Shown here: positions 33,718-41,223 of the stretch, in pieces
Position numbering within the stretch: the first letter of the stretch is position 1
How the letters are laid out: each line of letters starts with the position of its first letter
Sequence record: MN342151.1
Length of the DNA: 64,000 bases
From: Escherichia phage vB_EcoM_3HA14
Direction: 5' to 3' (one strand)
The notes under the pieces: generated by a model
Database searches by the model: none
Told to the model about the DNA's origin: nothing
The model's input: only the letters and a program-made list of their open reading frames with translations
Translations under genes and position numbers: made by a program

Positions 33718-34452
33718 TTATTTGTTCAGAGCTTCTTTCATCTCTGGAGTTGCGATAGTATCAATCACACCAGTTTTACATGAATCATCAAACCAGCTTG
33801 GTAGAACATTCGCAAGGAAACCATTAATATTTGTTTTCAGATATTCTGCAATCAGTGCTGCTTCATCTGCAATCATCTGAGTTACTTCGTTAGCATATGC
33901 AGTAATCTTTGCAATACCCTCATTAATCGCTGTAACGGCCTGTGTAGCGAGTTCAGAGATTGTATCTAGTCCTTGGTCGATTGCATCTTGCAAATCGCTT
34001 AGAACGCCATTTACAGCGTCTATGGAGGTATTAATCAAATCCATCGCTTTATTACCGTACTCGGTAGCTACGCCCATGATACCGCTAAACGGTGTACATC
34101 CAACCTGTTCACCTGCTGCTCCCATAACGTTAGAGTAACCTTTAGCTACTTGCATACGTTGTGAAAACTCATCTACAGACTTTTGTCCATACTCAGTAAG
34201 TGTACTTGTCGTTGAAGTTGTACTTCCAAGGCTTGTTGTGAAGCTTCCTAATAAGGCTGTTGTCAGTCCAGCAGCAACTAAAATCTGTTGTGTAGCTGGG
34301 TCTGTTACAGAACTAATTGAGTTAACTAATGATTGAGAGGCAGCTATAGTACCACCAAGAACTGCTGCACCAGTAATAAGAGGGTTTGAAAAACCATTAC
34401 CAGTTTTAAGGAGATTAAAAATCTCTTTACTTTGTTCTGTCATCTCTTTCAT
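33718..34452 (-). CDS. hypothetical Ala/Thr/Ser-rich protein (244 aa) within tRNA cluster
   Basis: ORF-track start (GTG at 34515) would run through a tRNA-Phe; ATG at 34452 has a GGTG RBS and avoids the tRNA. Confidence 0.5.
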   Translation of the reverse strand: MKEMTEQSKEIFNLLKTGNGFSNPLITGAAVLGGTIAASQSLVNSISSVTDPATQQILVAAGLTTALLGSFTTSLGSTTSTTSTLTEYGQKSVDEFSQRMQVAKGYSNVMGAAGEQVGCTPFSGIMGVATEYGNKAMDLINTSIDAVNGVLSDLQDAIDQGLDTISELATQAVTAINEGIAKITAYANEVTQMIADEAALIAEYLKTNINGFLANVLPSWFDDSCKTGVIDTIATPEMKEALNK

Positions 34453-34468
34453 TATGCACCTATAAAGT

Positions 34469-34545
34469 TGGTAGCCCATCGGGATTTGAACCCTGTTCTC
34501 ATGTTTTTCAGACACGCGCTTTAACCATATAAGCTAATTGAGCTA
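34469..34545 (-). tRNA. tRNA-Phe (GAA), atypical acceptor/D spacing
   Basis: Anticodon arm CGTGT-CTGAAAA-ACATG; D-arm GCTT-ATATGGTTA-AAGC; T-loop TTCAAAT; acceptor pairs only with a 1-2 nt offset and T-stem is weak. Confidence 0.55.
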
Positions 34546-34551
34546 TTAAAT

Positions 34552-34628
34552 TGGGGTGACCTACGGGAATCGAACCCGTATAGACCATGTTCACAGCATG
34601 GGTCATTATCCATTTATGATAAGGCCAC
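34552..34628 (-). tRNA. tRNA-His (GTG)
   Basis: Anticodon arm CCATG-CTGTGAA-CATGG; D-arm TCAT/ATGA; acceptor GTGGCCT/AGGTCAC; CCA encoded. Confidence 0.75.
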
Positions 34629-34659
34629 ATTTAAGGACTCTCGTAAGAATCCTTAGAAG

Positions 34660-34735
34660 TGGCAGCAGTATAAGGATTTGAACCTTAATCTTTCAGCTTC
34701 AGAGGCTGGAGCATTGCCAGTTATGCTATACTGCT
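34660..34735 (-). tRNA. tRNA-Gln (CTG)
   Basis: 76 nt; anticodon loop CTCTGAA; D-arm GCAT/ATGC; acceptor AGCAGTA/TACTGCT perfect. Confidence 0.7.
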
Positions 34736-34741
34736 AATATT

Positions 34742-34820
34742 TGGTACTCCATATCGGATTCGAACCGATACATAACACAGATTTTAAATCTGGCCTCTCT
34801 GCCAATTGGAGTAATGGAGC
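34742..34820 (-). tRNA. tRNA with Leu anticodon (TAA) but short variable arm
   Basis: Anticodon loop TTTAAAA; D-loop AATTGGCAGAG (Leu-like); variable region about 7 nt; discriminator A; T-arm ATCGG-TTCGAAT-CCGAT. Confidence 0.6.
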
Positions 34821-34822
34821 AT

Positions 34823-34898
34823 TGGCGGGGGATGATGGAATTGAACCATCTTCTTCGATTTCAAAGACCGAGGTTTTAACCTTGTAAACTAATCCCCT
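34823..34898 (-). tRNA. tRNA-Gln (TTG)
   Basis: Anticodon arm TCGGT-CTTTGAA-ATCGA; D-arm GTTT/AAAC; position 1:72 mismatched. Confidence 0.65.
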
Positions 34899-35124
34899 AA
34901 CGAACTCTTGAAAGAATATATGCGTTATTGCAAGTATCCTTATTTTCAGGTAGTGATGTTTCGAAGATAACTTGCTTAAGTTCTAATCCAGCAAAGTTAT
35001 AAACAACCTTTCTAACTTCTAACGGGTCACATTGCCAACCAACCGCTATAAAGAAAGTATCTCCAAATCTACCTGTTTCAATCTTGTGGTCATCTTTATG
35101 TTTTTCAACTATGAGTTTATACAT
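34897..35124 (-). CDS. hypothetical protein (75 aa) between tRNA genes
   Basis: ORF fills the gap between two tRNAs. Confidence 0.35.
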   Translation of the reverse strand: MYKLIVEKHKDDHKIETGRFGDTFFIAVGWQCDPLEVRKVVYNFAGLELKQVIFETSLPENKDTCNNAYILSRVR

Positions 35125-35142
35125 AATGTTACCTATTAAATT

Positions 35143-35219
35143 TGGTGCAGAATAGAGGATTCGAACCCCTAACTAACAACTTCGTAGGTTGCTGCTCTGT
35201 CCATTTGAACTAATTCTGC
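35143..35219 (-). tRNA. tRNA-Arg (ACG)
   Basis: Acceptor GCAGAAT/ATTCTGC perfect; anticodon arm GCAAC-CTACGAA-GTTGT. Confidence 0.75.
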
Positions 35220-35381
35220 AATATCCTTTTGAGATTCCTGTCTAGCTCTCTTCTTATCTCTTCTGAGAAAGCGTTTACGATGGTCTGTACGCCATTTGTA
35301 ATAATCTTCTTCACCATCATGCGCTGCACAGCAGCCACAACTTGCAATTTCAACTTTACCATGTCTACCATAAGGCTTCAT
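35169..35381 (-). CDS. hypothetical Cys-rich basic protein (70 aa)
   Basis: ORF whose 3' 51 nt overlap tRNA-Arg; CxC plus basic KRxRR-like segment. May be real or chance. Confidence 0.3.
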   Translation of the reverse strand: MKPYGRHGKVEIASCGCCAAHDGEEDYYKWRTDHRKRFLRRDKKRARQESQKDIAELVQMDRAATYEVVS

Positions 35382-35397
35382 AGGAATCTCCTAAAAT

Positions 35398-35475
35398 TGG
35401 TGTTCCAAGACGGATTCGAACCGTCACTAATACAAGGTTTGAGCTTGCATCCTCTGCCAATTGGGATACTGGAAC
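35398..35475 (-). tRNA. tRNA with Leu anticodon (CAA) but short variable arm
   Basis: Anticodon arm GCAAG-CTCAAAC-CTTGT; D-loop AATTGGCAGAG; variable region about 6 nt; discriminator A. Confidence 0.6.
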
Positions 35476-35476
35476 T

Positions 35477-35551
35477 TGGTACTCGCTGAAGGACTTGAAC
35501 CTTCTTCACCAACTTGTAAGGATGGGGCTTTACCATATAAACTAAGCGAGC
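35477..35551 (-). tRNA. tRNA-Val (TAC)
   Basis: Anticodon loop CTTACAA; T-arm GAAGG-TTCAAGT-CCTTC; separated by 1 nt from the neighbouring tRNA. Confidence 0.7.
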
Positions 35552-35646
35552 TTTGAAGAGGTCTGAAGCTGTGCCGCTAACTCAACTCCGTGGAATTTGT
35601 TACGGTCTTCAGTTGACTCAAGCGGTCTTTCACTTGACCTCAAAAT

Positions 35647-35723
35647 TGGTGCTGCTCACAGGACTCGAACCTGCATCTCCATCCTTACAAGGGATGTGCA
35701 ATAGCCAATTATACGAAAGCAGC
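35647..35723 (-). tRNA. tRNA-Thr (TGT)
   Basis: Anticodon arm CATCC-CTTGTAA-GGATG perfect; T-loop TTCGAGT. Confidence 0.75.
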
Positions 35724-35729
35724 ATTATT

Positions 35730-35804
35730 TGGAGCATCCAGAGGGAATCGAACCCTCAACCTCAGTTTGGAAGACTGTAATTTTCCCATTTAAACTATGG
35801 ATGC
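35730..35804 (-). tRNA. tRNA-Gly (TCC)
   Basis: Acceptor GCATCCA/TGGATGC perfect; anticodon loop CTTCCAA. Confidence 0.75.
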
Positions 35805-35810
35805 ACTAAT

Positions 35811-35886
35811 TGGTGGAGAAGCAGGGAATTGAACCCTGTACTTAAGTTTGCAAAACTTATGTTTTAACCATGTAAACTACATCCCC
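35811..35886 (-). tRNA. tRNA-Ala (TGC)
   Basis: Anticodon arm TAAGT-TTTGCAA-ACTTA perfect; D-arm GTTT/AAAC; G3:U70 wobble (Ala identity element) present. Confidence 0.8.
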
Positions 35887-35892
35887 ATTGTT

Positions 35893-35968
35893 TGGTACAG
35901 GTGGAGGGAATTGAACCCATCGTCTTACTGATTAAGAGTCAGCCGCATAACCATTTTGCTACACCTGC
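35893..35968 (-). tRNA. tRNA-Lys (CTT)
   Basis: Anticodon arm GCTGA-CTCTTAA-TCAGT; T-stem only 3 bp (GGG/CCC). Confidence 0.6.
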
Positions 35969-35975
35969 ATTAATT

Positions 35976-36052
35976 TGGTACACCTAGAGAGATTCGAACT
36001 CACACTGAGCAGATTCTAAGTCTGCTGCCTCTTCCAATTGGGCTATAGGTGC
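35976..36052 (-). tRNA. tRNA with Leu anticodon (TAG) but short variable arm
   Basis: 77 nt; anticodon arm GCAGA-CTTAGAA-TCTGC perfect; D-loop AATTGGAAGAG; 5-nt variable loop; discriminator A. Confidence 0.65.
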
Positions 36053-36305
36053 ATTAAATCTTTGTAGAGAACTGCTAAGACGCCAAAGCAACAATGGTAT
36101 CAAATGCCTTAACAATTCTCTAAAAAGACCTATTGGCCTCTGCATAGTCTTGCTTAATCCGGTGACTAGAACCTTTGGAGAGCTTGATACTATCTCTTCT
36201 CCGTGACACCTACTAGGTGCTTTACCAGTGCCGTGTACGCCAATACACGAAGAGGAAACCTGAAACACTTGCTCGAACAAATAGTCTCAGCTTTAAATCT
36301 TATTA

Positions 36306-36395
36306 GGCGGTAGATAAAGGAGTCGAACCCTCACCGTATCTCTACAATGGCAACTGTTTTCAAGACAGTTTGGCTTCCATTAGCCGCTACCTACC
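36306..36395 (-). tRNA. tRNA-Ser (TGA), long variable arm
   Basis: About 90 nt; anticodon arm ACTGT-CTTGAAA-ACAGT; long variable arm; 3' CC encoded but not the terminal A. Confidence 0.7.
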
Positions 36396-36408
36396 CCTAA
36401 TAAGACTT

Positions 36409-36491
36409 TGGCATGGGACGGAGGATTCGAACCCCTTTGAGTAAGTTTTGGAGGCTTACGCACATGCCTTAGTGTCTTAACATCGTCCCAT
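36409..36491 (-). tRNA. atypical tRNA-like gene, possibly tRNA-Trp (CCA)
   Basis: Perfect 7-bp acceptor ATGGGAC/GTCCCAT and T-arm. Anticodon stem GTAAG/CTTAC encloses a 9-nt loop CCTCCAAAA (CCA anticodon if the closing pair is unpaired); D region about 8 nt longer than canonical. Confidence 0.5.
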
Positions 36492-36656
36492 ACTATATTT
36501 CGAAGCTTACCCTGTTATCTCAACACTGTCAAGCTTCTTCTCAGATTATTTACATGTTCTGGAAAACATGAGATACAGACCACCTCCTTATGAGATTGAC
36601 TCTTTCAAGTCAATGCGGAGACCCATAAAGGTCGTCATAGTAATCTGCTAACTAAT

Positions 36657-36724
36657 TGGCAGTCAAGGTAGGAGTCGAACCTACTTACTATTAAAGGGAG
36701 CTACCCTTCAGCAACTATCCGACT
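36657..36724 (-). tRNA. tRNA-like element (truncated or non-canonical)
   Basis: Canonical T-arm GTAGG-TTCGACT-CCTAC and CCA end, but only about 68 nt to the best acceptor match; no convincing anticodon arm. Confidence 0.35.
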
Positions 36725-36785
36725 TTCGTTTATCTCTTAACGCGTATCCAAGATAACTTACTCGTGTTGTCTTGACCATTAAAAT

Positions 36786-36862
36786 TGGCACACCCTACAG
36801 GATTCGAACCTGTAACTGACGGTTTAGAAGACCGTTGCTCTATCCGTTTGAACTAAGGGTGC
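36786..36862 (-). tRNA. tRNA-Arg (TCT)
   Basis: Anticodon arm ACGGT-CTTCTAA-ACCGT perfect; T-arm ACAGG-TTCGAAT-CCTGT. Confidence 0.75.
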
Positions 36863-37066
36863 ATTATCTTTAAAGGCTCTCTTAGAAAACCCTTAAAGAT
36901 GCCCACTTTATTAATCATACCGTGGGCTAGTACGCCAAATTCTTTAACAGGGAGTTGGAATACCCTGCTGGTGTTTAGCCTATTAAGCTACTGCCAGAAA
37001 AACATTATCGTTTGCATTTATTTTTAAGTTTTTAAAATAGACGCTACGCTAACGAAAACTAAGGTT

Positions 37067-37095
37067 ATCTTAAAGTGGTCACATCTAAATGTCAA
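37067..37095 (-). promoter_or_regulatory. possible internal sigma70-like promoter in tRNA cluster spacer
   Basis: On - strand: TTGACA (37090-37095), 17-nt spacer, TAAGAT (37067-37072). Confidence 0.3.
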
Positions 37096-37109
37096 CAACT
37101 TTATGAAAT

Positions 37110-37187
37110 TGGTTGTAGGTGAGGGTATCGAACCCTCTTCTAACGGTTATCAGCCGTTTGCATTACCATTTATGCTAACCCACAATT
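37110..37187 (-). tRNA. tRNA-Ile (GAT)
   Basis: Anticodon arm AACGG-CTGATAA-CCGTT perfect; D-arm GCAT/ATGC. Confidence 0.75.
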
Positions 37188-37189
37188 GG

Positions 37190-37266
37190 AGGTTCAGGTG
37201 GGAATCGAACCCACATTCATAGGGCTTATGAAACCCTTGCATTACCTTATCTGCGACTGAACCATT
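37190..37266 (-). tRNA. tRNA-Met (CAT), elongator-like
   Basis: Acceptor GGTTCAG/CTGAACC perfect; anticodon arm AGGGT-TTCATAA-GCCCT; 1:72 paired, so not initiator-like. Confidence 0.7.
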
Positions 37267-37344
37267 ATAAGTTGCCCCTTTGTAGAGAACTGATTGAGTG
37301 GGTGTTTCCAGCCGCGCATGTGTTCTTCAGTTAAGGGGCGAATT

Positions 37345-37421
37345 TGGTAGAAGTGGAGGGATTCGAACCCGTCGCCTGTCAGATTAAAAGTCTGCCGCAT
37401 CACCATTCTGCTACACTTCCA
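37345..37421 (-). tRNA. tRNA-Lys (TTT)
   Basis: Anticodon region GCAGA-CTTTTAA-TCTGA; weak T-stem like the CTT isoacceptor. Confidence 0.65.
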
Positions 37422-37606
37422 TTAAATCATCTTTGCAGTAACCTACGCAAACCTTGCTAAAGGGTTTGTAGAGTCATCTCTTATAAGCTAATCTAGAATC
37501 ATGCTCAAGAGACTCTTCGGCACTCATGGGACGACTGGTTAGCTCCATAAGTCACTGCAAAGAGGATTACCAGACCGTATTTATCTTAAGTGCTTCCATT
37601 ACACCA

Positions 37607-37643
37607 ACACGCCGTAACGTGTGAAGGAATCGAACCTTCGCCT
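37607..37643 (-). ncRNA. orphan T-arm-like hairpin with adjacent stem-loop (tRNA-like module without acceptor or anticodon)
   Basis: Sense strand GAAGG-TTCGATT-CCTTC followed by ACACG-TTACGG-CGTGT; no pairing acceptor found within 100 nt. Confidence 0.3.
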
Positions 37644-37844
37644 TTTCTTTACCAGAGAAATAGATTGTTTATTGTTTGCTGTAAACGGTCTTCTGTAAAA
37701 TTGTTGGAACCAGACCAAGTTTTAAATTTTTCAAATTAAATTGGCTTGAAATATTAAAATTGCTTGCTGTATTTGGTCTTCTGCTCCTTTAAAGAATACT
37801 CGTAAGAACTCTTTAAGGGAGGGGCTAAAAAGCCCTCTCAAATT

Positions 37845-37921
37845 TGGCGGTTACGAAGGGATTCGAACCCTCATCATCCTCCGTGACAGGGAGGTATTTT
37901 GACCAGTTAAACTACATAACC
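37845..37921 (-). tRNA. tRNA-Asp (GTC)
   Basis: Anticodon arm CCTCC-CTGTCAC-GGAGG perfect; T-arm GAGGG-TTCGAAT-CCCTT. Confidence 0.75.
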
Positions 37922-37927
37922 TTTATT

Positions 37928-38015
37928 TGGTGCGCCGTGAAGGAGTCGAACCTCCCGAGTCATAATGACAAGTGATTTACAGTCACCACCGCTTCCATCT
38001 ACGGGATAACGACGC
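37928..38015 (-). tRNA. tRNA-Tyr (GTA), long variable arm
   Basis: 88 nt; anticodon arm GGTGA-CTGTAAA-TCACT; variable-arm hairpin TGTCA..TGACT. Confidence 0.7.
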
Positions 38016-38083
38016 ATTTTATTCTATTCAGGCTAAGGACTTGCACCTTACAAATCGGTGAGCAATCGCTTCTCTCCCAAATC

Positions 38084-38161
38084 TTGGCGGTTAGTCAGGG
38101 ATTCGAACCCTGTACCATTCGGTTAACAGCCGACCGCACATGCCTTATGTGCTTCCTAACC
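38084..38161 (-). tRNA. tRNA-Asn (GTT)
   Basis: Anticodon loop CTGTTAA; D-arm GCAC/GTGC; T-arm CAGGG-TTCGAAT-CCCTG. Confidence 0.7.
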
Positions 38162-38245
38162 ATGTTAGTATTACCAGACCGTATCTTTTCATTTTTTGCC
38201 TATAAAAAATTTTAAGTGTTTGCTGTAAACGGCCTTCTGTAAATT

Positions 38246-38322
38246 TGGAGGCGGGTGTAGGAGTCGAACCTACCGATAACATGCTAATGAGACATGTGAG
38301 ACACCCTTTCTCTATACCCGCA
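38246..38322 (-). tRNA. tRNA with CAT anticodon (Met or Ile2), 1:72 mismatch
   Basis: Anticodon arm CATGT-CTCATTA-GCATG; first acceptor pair unpaired (T:C). Confidence 0.6.
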
Positions 38323-38409
38323 ATTCTTAATGACCAGACCAAATCTTTTTTGGATTTCTATGCGCGAAATTGAAAAGTTTGTTTGCTGTAATTGGTCTTC
38401 TGTCAAAAC

Positions 38410-38487
38410 TGGCATTCCCGAAGGGACTTGAACCCTCAAACCACACCTTGAAAGGGTGTTGACTTTACCTAATTTGTCTACGGGAAT
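38410..38487 (-). tRNA. tRNA-Glu (TTC)
   Basis: Acceptor ATTCCCG/CGGGAAT perfect; anticodon arm ACACC-CTTTCAA-GGTGT perfect. Confidence 0.75.
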
Positions 38488-38493
38488 ATAATT

Positions 38494-38573
38494 TGGTCTC
38501 CGTTGAAGGATTTGAACCTTCGACCCCTTGCTCCCAAAGCAAGTGCTGCTAAACCAAACTGAGCTAAACGGAG
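38494..38573 (-). tRNA. tRNA-Pro (TGG)
   Basis: Acceptor CTCCGTT/AACGGAG perfect; anticodon arm CTTGC-TTTGGGA-GCAAG perfect. Confidence 0.75.
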
Positions 38574-38610
38574 ATAATCTTTTTAACAACCTATGTAACA
38601 ACTATAACAC

Positions 38611-38640
38611 TATTTTTTAGTGTCTGTCAAGAGGTTTTTT
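38611..38640 (-). promoter_or_regulatory. candidate sigma70-like promoter for the tRNA cluster
   Basis: On - strand: TTGACA (38635-38640), 18-nt spacer, TATAGT (38611-38616), about 40 nt upstream of tRNA-Pro. Confidence 0.4.
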
Positions 38641-38738
38641 AAAATAATTTGATTTATTTCAGAAAACTTCTTTTTCGTTTCTATGTAGAACATATTAAAG
38701 GGTATTAAACACTTTGTCAATACCCTTTTTAAAACTTT

Positions 38739-40154
38739 TTACCAATCGTAGCGTTCAACCATTACTGCTTTGAGCATTACGCTGATAGGGTCAAACTTCT
38801 CACCACCAAGCAAAGCTTTTAAAGTGGCTGGAGAGAAACCAGATACCATTGCTACACCGTTATCCTTTACAGACACTTCGCAAGTACCGTTACGGTTTGC
38901 TAAGTACCAGAATACCAGTTGTGGCATCTCATATCCAGCTTTCTTGTACTTTTCTTGAATTGCTTCAAAGTTAGTACGACCATCTGCTCCATCAACCTGA
39001 TTAAACTGCATATCAGAGAAGATGATAAGCTTACTAGGCATCTCTTTCTGAGTCAAGTTGTTTTTAACACCAATCTCAAGGATTCTTGCAAAAGCAGCTT
39101 GTAGGTCAGTTGAACCATACTCTACATGACTCTTCACTTGACGTAAGCGAGTCTGTAAATCACCACTCAATGTGATGAAGTGAGGTCTGCTAGAGTAAAC
39201 CATCAATTCATCTTTAAAGCAACCTGTATTACGTTCTGAAACGTACAGGGCTAAAGATACACCAATGTCTAGCGCTGTAACAGAACCATGTCGCTCCCAA
39301 GTCATAGATGAAGATACATCTGCCATGCACAGAATGTTCTCACCCTCTTTCATCCAGTTTGGTAAAGCTTTCCACTGCTCATTTGCAACGGTTGCATTAC
39401 CATAACCGACTGACTTTGTAATGTCATAAGGGTAGACTGCACCAGCATTAATCTTTGTCTCACCTTTAGTCAGTGCTGCAATGTATGCTGCATAACGCTC
39501 ACCATCTTTACGACTGAAGAGTTTTTGATAACGTGCAGCAGCCAGTGAAGGAAGCTTGCTGTAATCAATCTCTCCGAACTCATTTGCTGAAATCTTTTGT
39601 TCAACAGTATCAGACAGTGCTGACAGAAGAACTCGATACTGCTTCTCTGAAAGATTTGCAAACTTACAGAAACGACGAACAAAACGCATGTGTCGTGATT
39701 TTACTCGTGGTAACCATTTTGCTGCCAGAGCCGATGTTGCAGGGTCTAACAGTGCAGCTTCTAAATGCTTGAAAGCATCTGTTTCGTAACGTGTACCAAC
39801 AAAGATTTTAAAGTCGTCATAACGACCTAAATCAGAAATCTTGTCCATGATACGTAACACTTGGAACTCATCAAGAATCCCGTCAGAGATTGCTTTAGTA
39901 AGAGTATAACGGAACGCTTTACGCTCACCCATACCTTCTCGTGCATCTCGCATATGTAACAGGATTCGAACTGCTACATCAATATCTTCTCGCATTGCCT
40001 TGTAAAACAAGTTTGGAAGAACTTCTACATTTGTTCTGCTTGAACCAGCAGCTTTGTAGAAATCTACCAGTGCAGACATTGAAGAGGTGTGGTTAACAGC
40101 ACCGTTTTCAGTTAAACCTGCATGTAAATGCGAGTGCTTAAATAATTCGCTCAT
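38739..40154 (-). CDS. vWA-domain protein (471 aa), possibly TROVE/Ro60-like
   Basis: C-terminal half has vWA hallmarks: hydrophobic strand then DVSSSM (MIDAS DxSxS) and LIIFSDMQFN; N-terminal about 270 aa helical. Directly upstream of and co-oriented with the tRNA cluster. Confidence 0.55.
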   Translation of the reverse strand: MSELFKHSHLHAGLTENGAVNHTSSMSALVDFYKAAGSSRTNVEVLPNLFYKAMREDIDVAVRILLHMRDAREGMGERKAFRYTLTKAISDGILDEFQVLRIMDKISDLGRYDDFKIFVGTRYETDAFKHLEAALLDPATSALAAKWLPRVKSRHMRFVRRFCKFANLSEKQYRVLLSALSDTVEQKISANEFGEIDYSKLPSLAAARYQKLFSRKDGERYAAYIAALTKGETKINAGAVYPYDITKSVGYGNATVANEQWKALPNWMKEGENILCMADVSSSMTWERHGSVTALDIGVSLALYVSERNTGCFKDELMVYSSRPHFITLSGDLQTRLRQVKSHVEYGSTDLQAAFARILEIGVKNNLTQKEMPSKLIIFSDMQFNQVDGADGRTNFEAIQEKYKKAGYEMPQLVFWYLANRNGTCEVSVKDNGVAMVSGFSPATLKALLGGEKFDPISVMLKAVMVERYDW

Positions 40155-40230
40155 ATTAATTCTCTCTCGTTAGAATGTTTTGGTGAGACAGACTCTAACG
40201 TTTGATTTAGAACCTGTCAACACCTTTTTA

Positions 40231-40599
40231 TTATTTTTTCAGAGTTGCTACAGCAGAGAACGTTGGTTTGTTCTCCTGTGCTCCCTGATTCCCATTATCT
40301 GTAGTCTTTTTGTCTACAGCGATGGCTTTCATCTCACCTGCTGAGTGAGTCATGATAACTTTACCAGCTTCCATCATTGATTTGACTTGGATATCTTTTT
40401 GAGTCAAACCAAACTCAGCAAGCTTTACAGGGTCTCTTGTAACAATGGCCTCAAACAGTTTTGCAGCATACTCTGCTGAGTTATCAATAGTCAACTGTGC
40501 CTTGACCAGTGAACTCTTGTTACGTGAGCCTTTGGGTCTACCTGATGGGTTACCAGATTGACCTTTCTTGAATTGGCCTTTGTTTGTTCGTTTCGTCAT
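40231..40599 (-). CDS. basic DNA-binding-like protein with GNPxGRPKG motif (122 aa)
   Basis: N-terminus KKGQSGNPSGRPKGSRNK; GAGGTG RBS upstream. Confidence 0.45.
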   Translation of the reverse strand: MTKRTNKGQFKKGQSGNPSGRPKGSRNKSSLVKAQLTIDNSAEYAAKLFEAIVTRDPVKLAEFGLTQKDIQVKSMMEAGKVIMTHSAGEMKAIAVDKKTTDNGNQGAQENKPTFSAVATLKK

Positions 40600-40989
40600 T
40601 CTTCACCTCTTTTAAGAACTCTTAAAAGGCTTTTAAGATAAGAGATAGATATCCAGAAAGATATCTGTTTAAATAGCCTTTTTAGAAGAGTCTTTTAAGT
40701 AATCTTCTAAGTATTTATTAGGCTACACGTTGTCAAGAGGAATGTCAAGTAAATTTTTTAGTTGCAATACTTCTTGACTTGTTGTATGGATTACTGTACC
40801 ATCTTACTAAAGCTGTAGGTCTGCCTTTATCTACAAAGGAGACTTAATGAGAAACAATTCAAAATTGAAGACAGGTAATAATACCAATCACTGTAAGGAA
40901 TCAAAGCGGGTAGAATTACTCTATTACAAATCCTCTGAAATTGGTTTGTACCTATACTTTCAAAATTATAGACGACAAGAGGATTATTT

Positions 40990-41223
40990 ATGTGTAGCTC
41001 CCAACTAGAAATCACAGATATTATTGATTTATACCAAACTGCAAAGAGTCATGGGTATATCACTTCAATTGGAAAGAATAAGCACTATGATGCACTAACT
41101 GGTATGTATTTCAGAGCAATAGCTCAATCTAGTGAACAGGTTCTAATGGTTTCTTCCAGTGAATTTGCTTCATTTCTCTATTGCAGCAAGATTATCAATC
41201 GTAGGAGAACTGATAAATGTTAA
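40990..41223 (+). CDS. hypothetical protein (77 aa)
   Basis: First ORF of + strand block; AGAGGA RBS. An alternative 55-aa ORF from ATG 40847 (RBS AAAGGAGA) overlaps in another frame. Confidence 0.3.
   Translation: MCSSQLEITDIIDLYQTAKSHGYITSIGKNKHYDALTGMYFRAIAQSSEQVLMVSSSEFASFLYCSKIINRRRTDKC

Noticed and set aside
33718-34515. ORF-track start (GTG at 34515) for the 265-aa protein
   Set aside because: The extension is encoded by the T-arm and anticodon arm of a tRNA-Phe; the ATG at 34452 with an RBS gives a start that does not overlap the tRNA.
35984-36280. 98-aa ORF in the tRNA cluster
   Set aside because: Overlaps tRNA 35976-36052 and has no RBS; the region is better explained as non-coding spacer.
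36657-36774. 118-nt intron-containing tRNA spanning the truncated tRNA-like element
   Set aside because: A perfect 7-bp acceptor partner exists at 36768-36774, but the intervening sequence folds into no D or anticodon arm and is too short for a group I intron; the pairing is probably chance.
38145-38601. Two overlapping ORFs (65 and 105 aa) at the upstream end of the tRNA cluster
   Set aside because: Both run through three or four well-formed tRNA genes (Asn, CAT, Glu, Pro); artefacts of the low stop-codon density of tRNA sequence.
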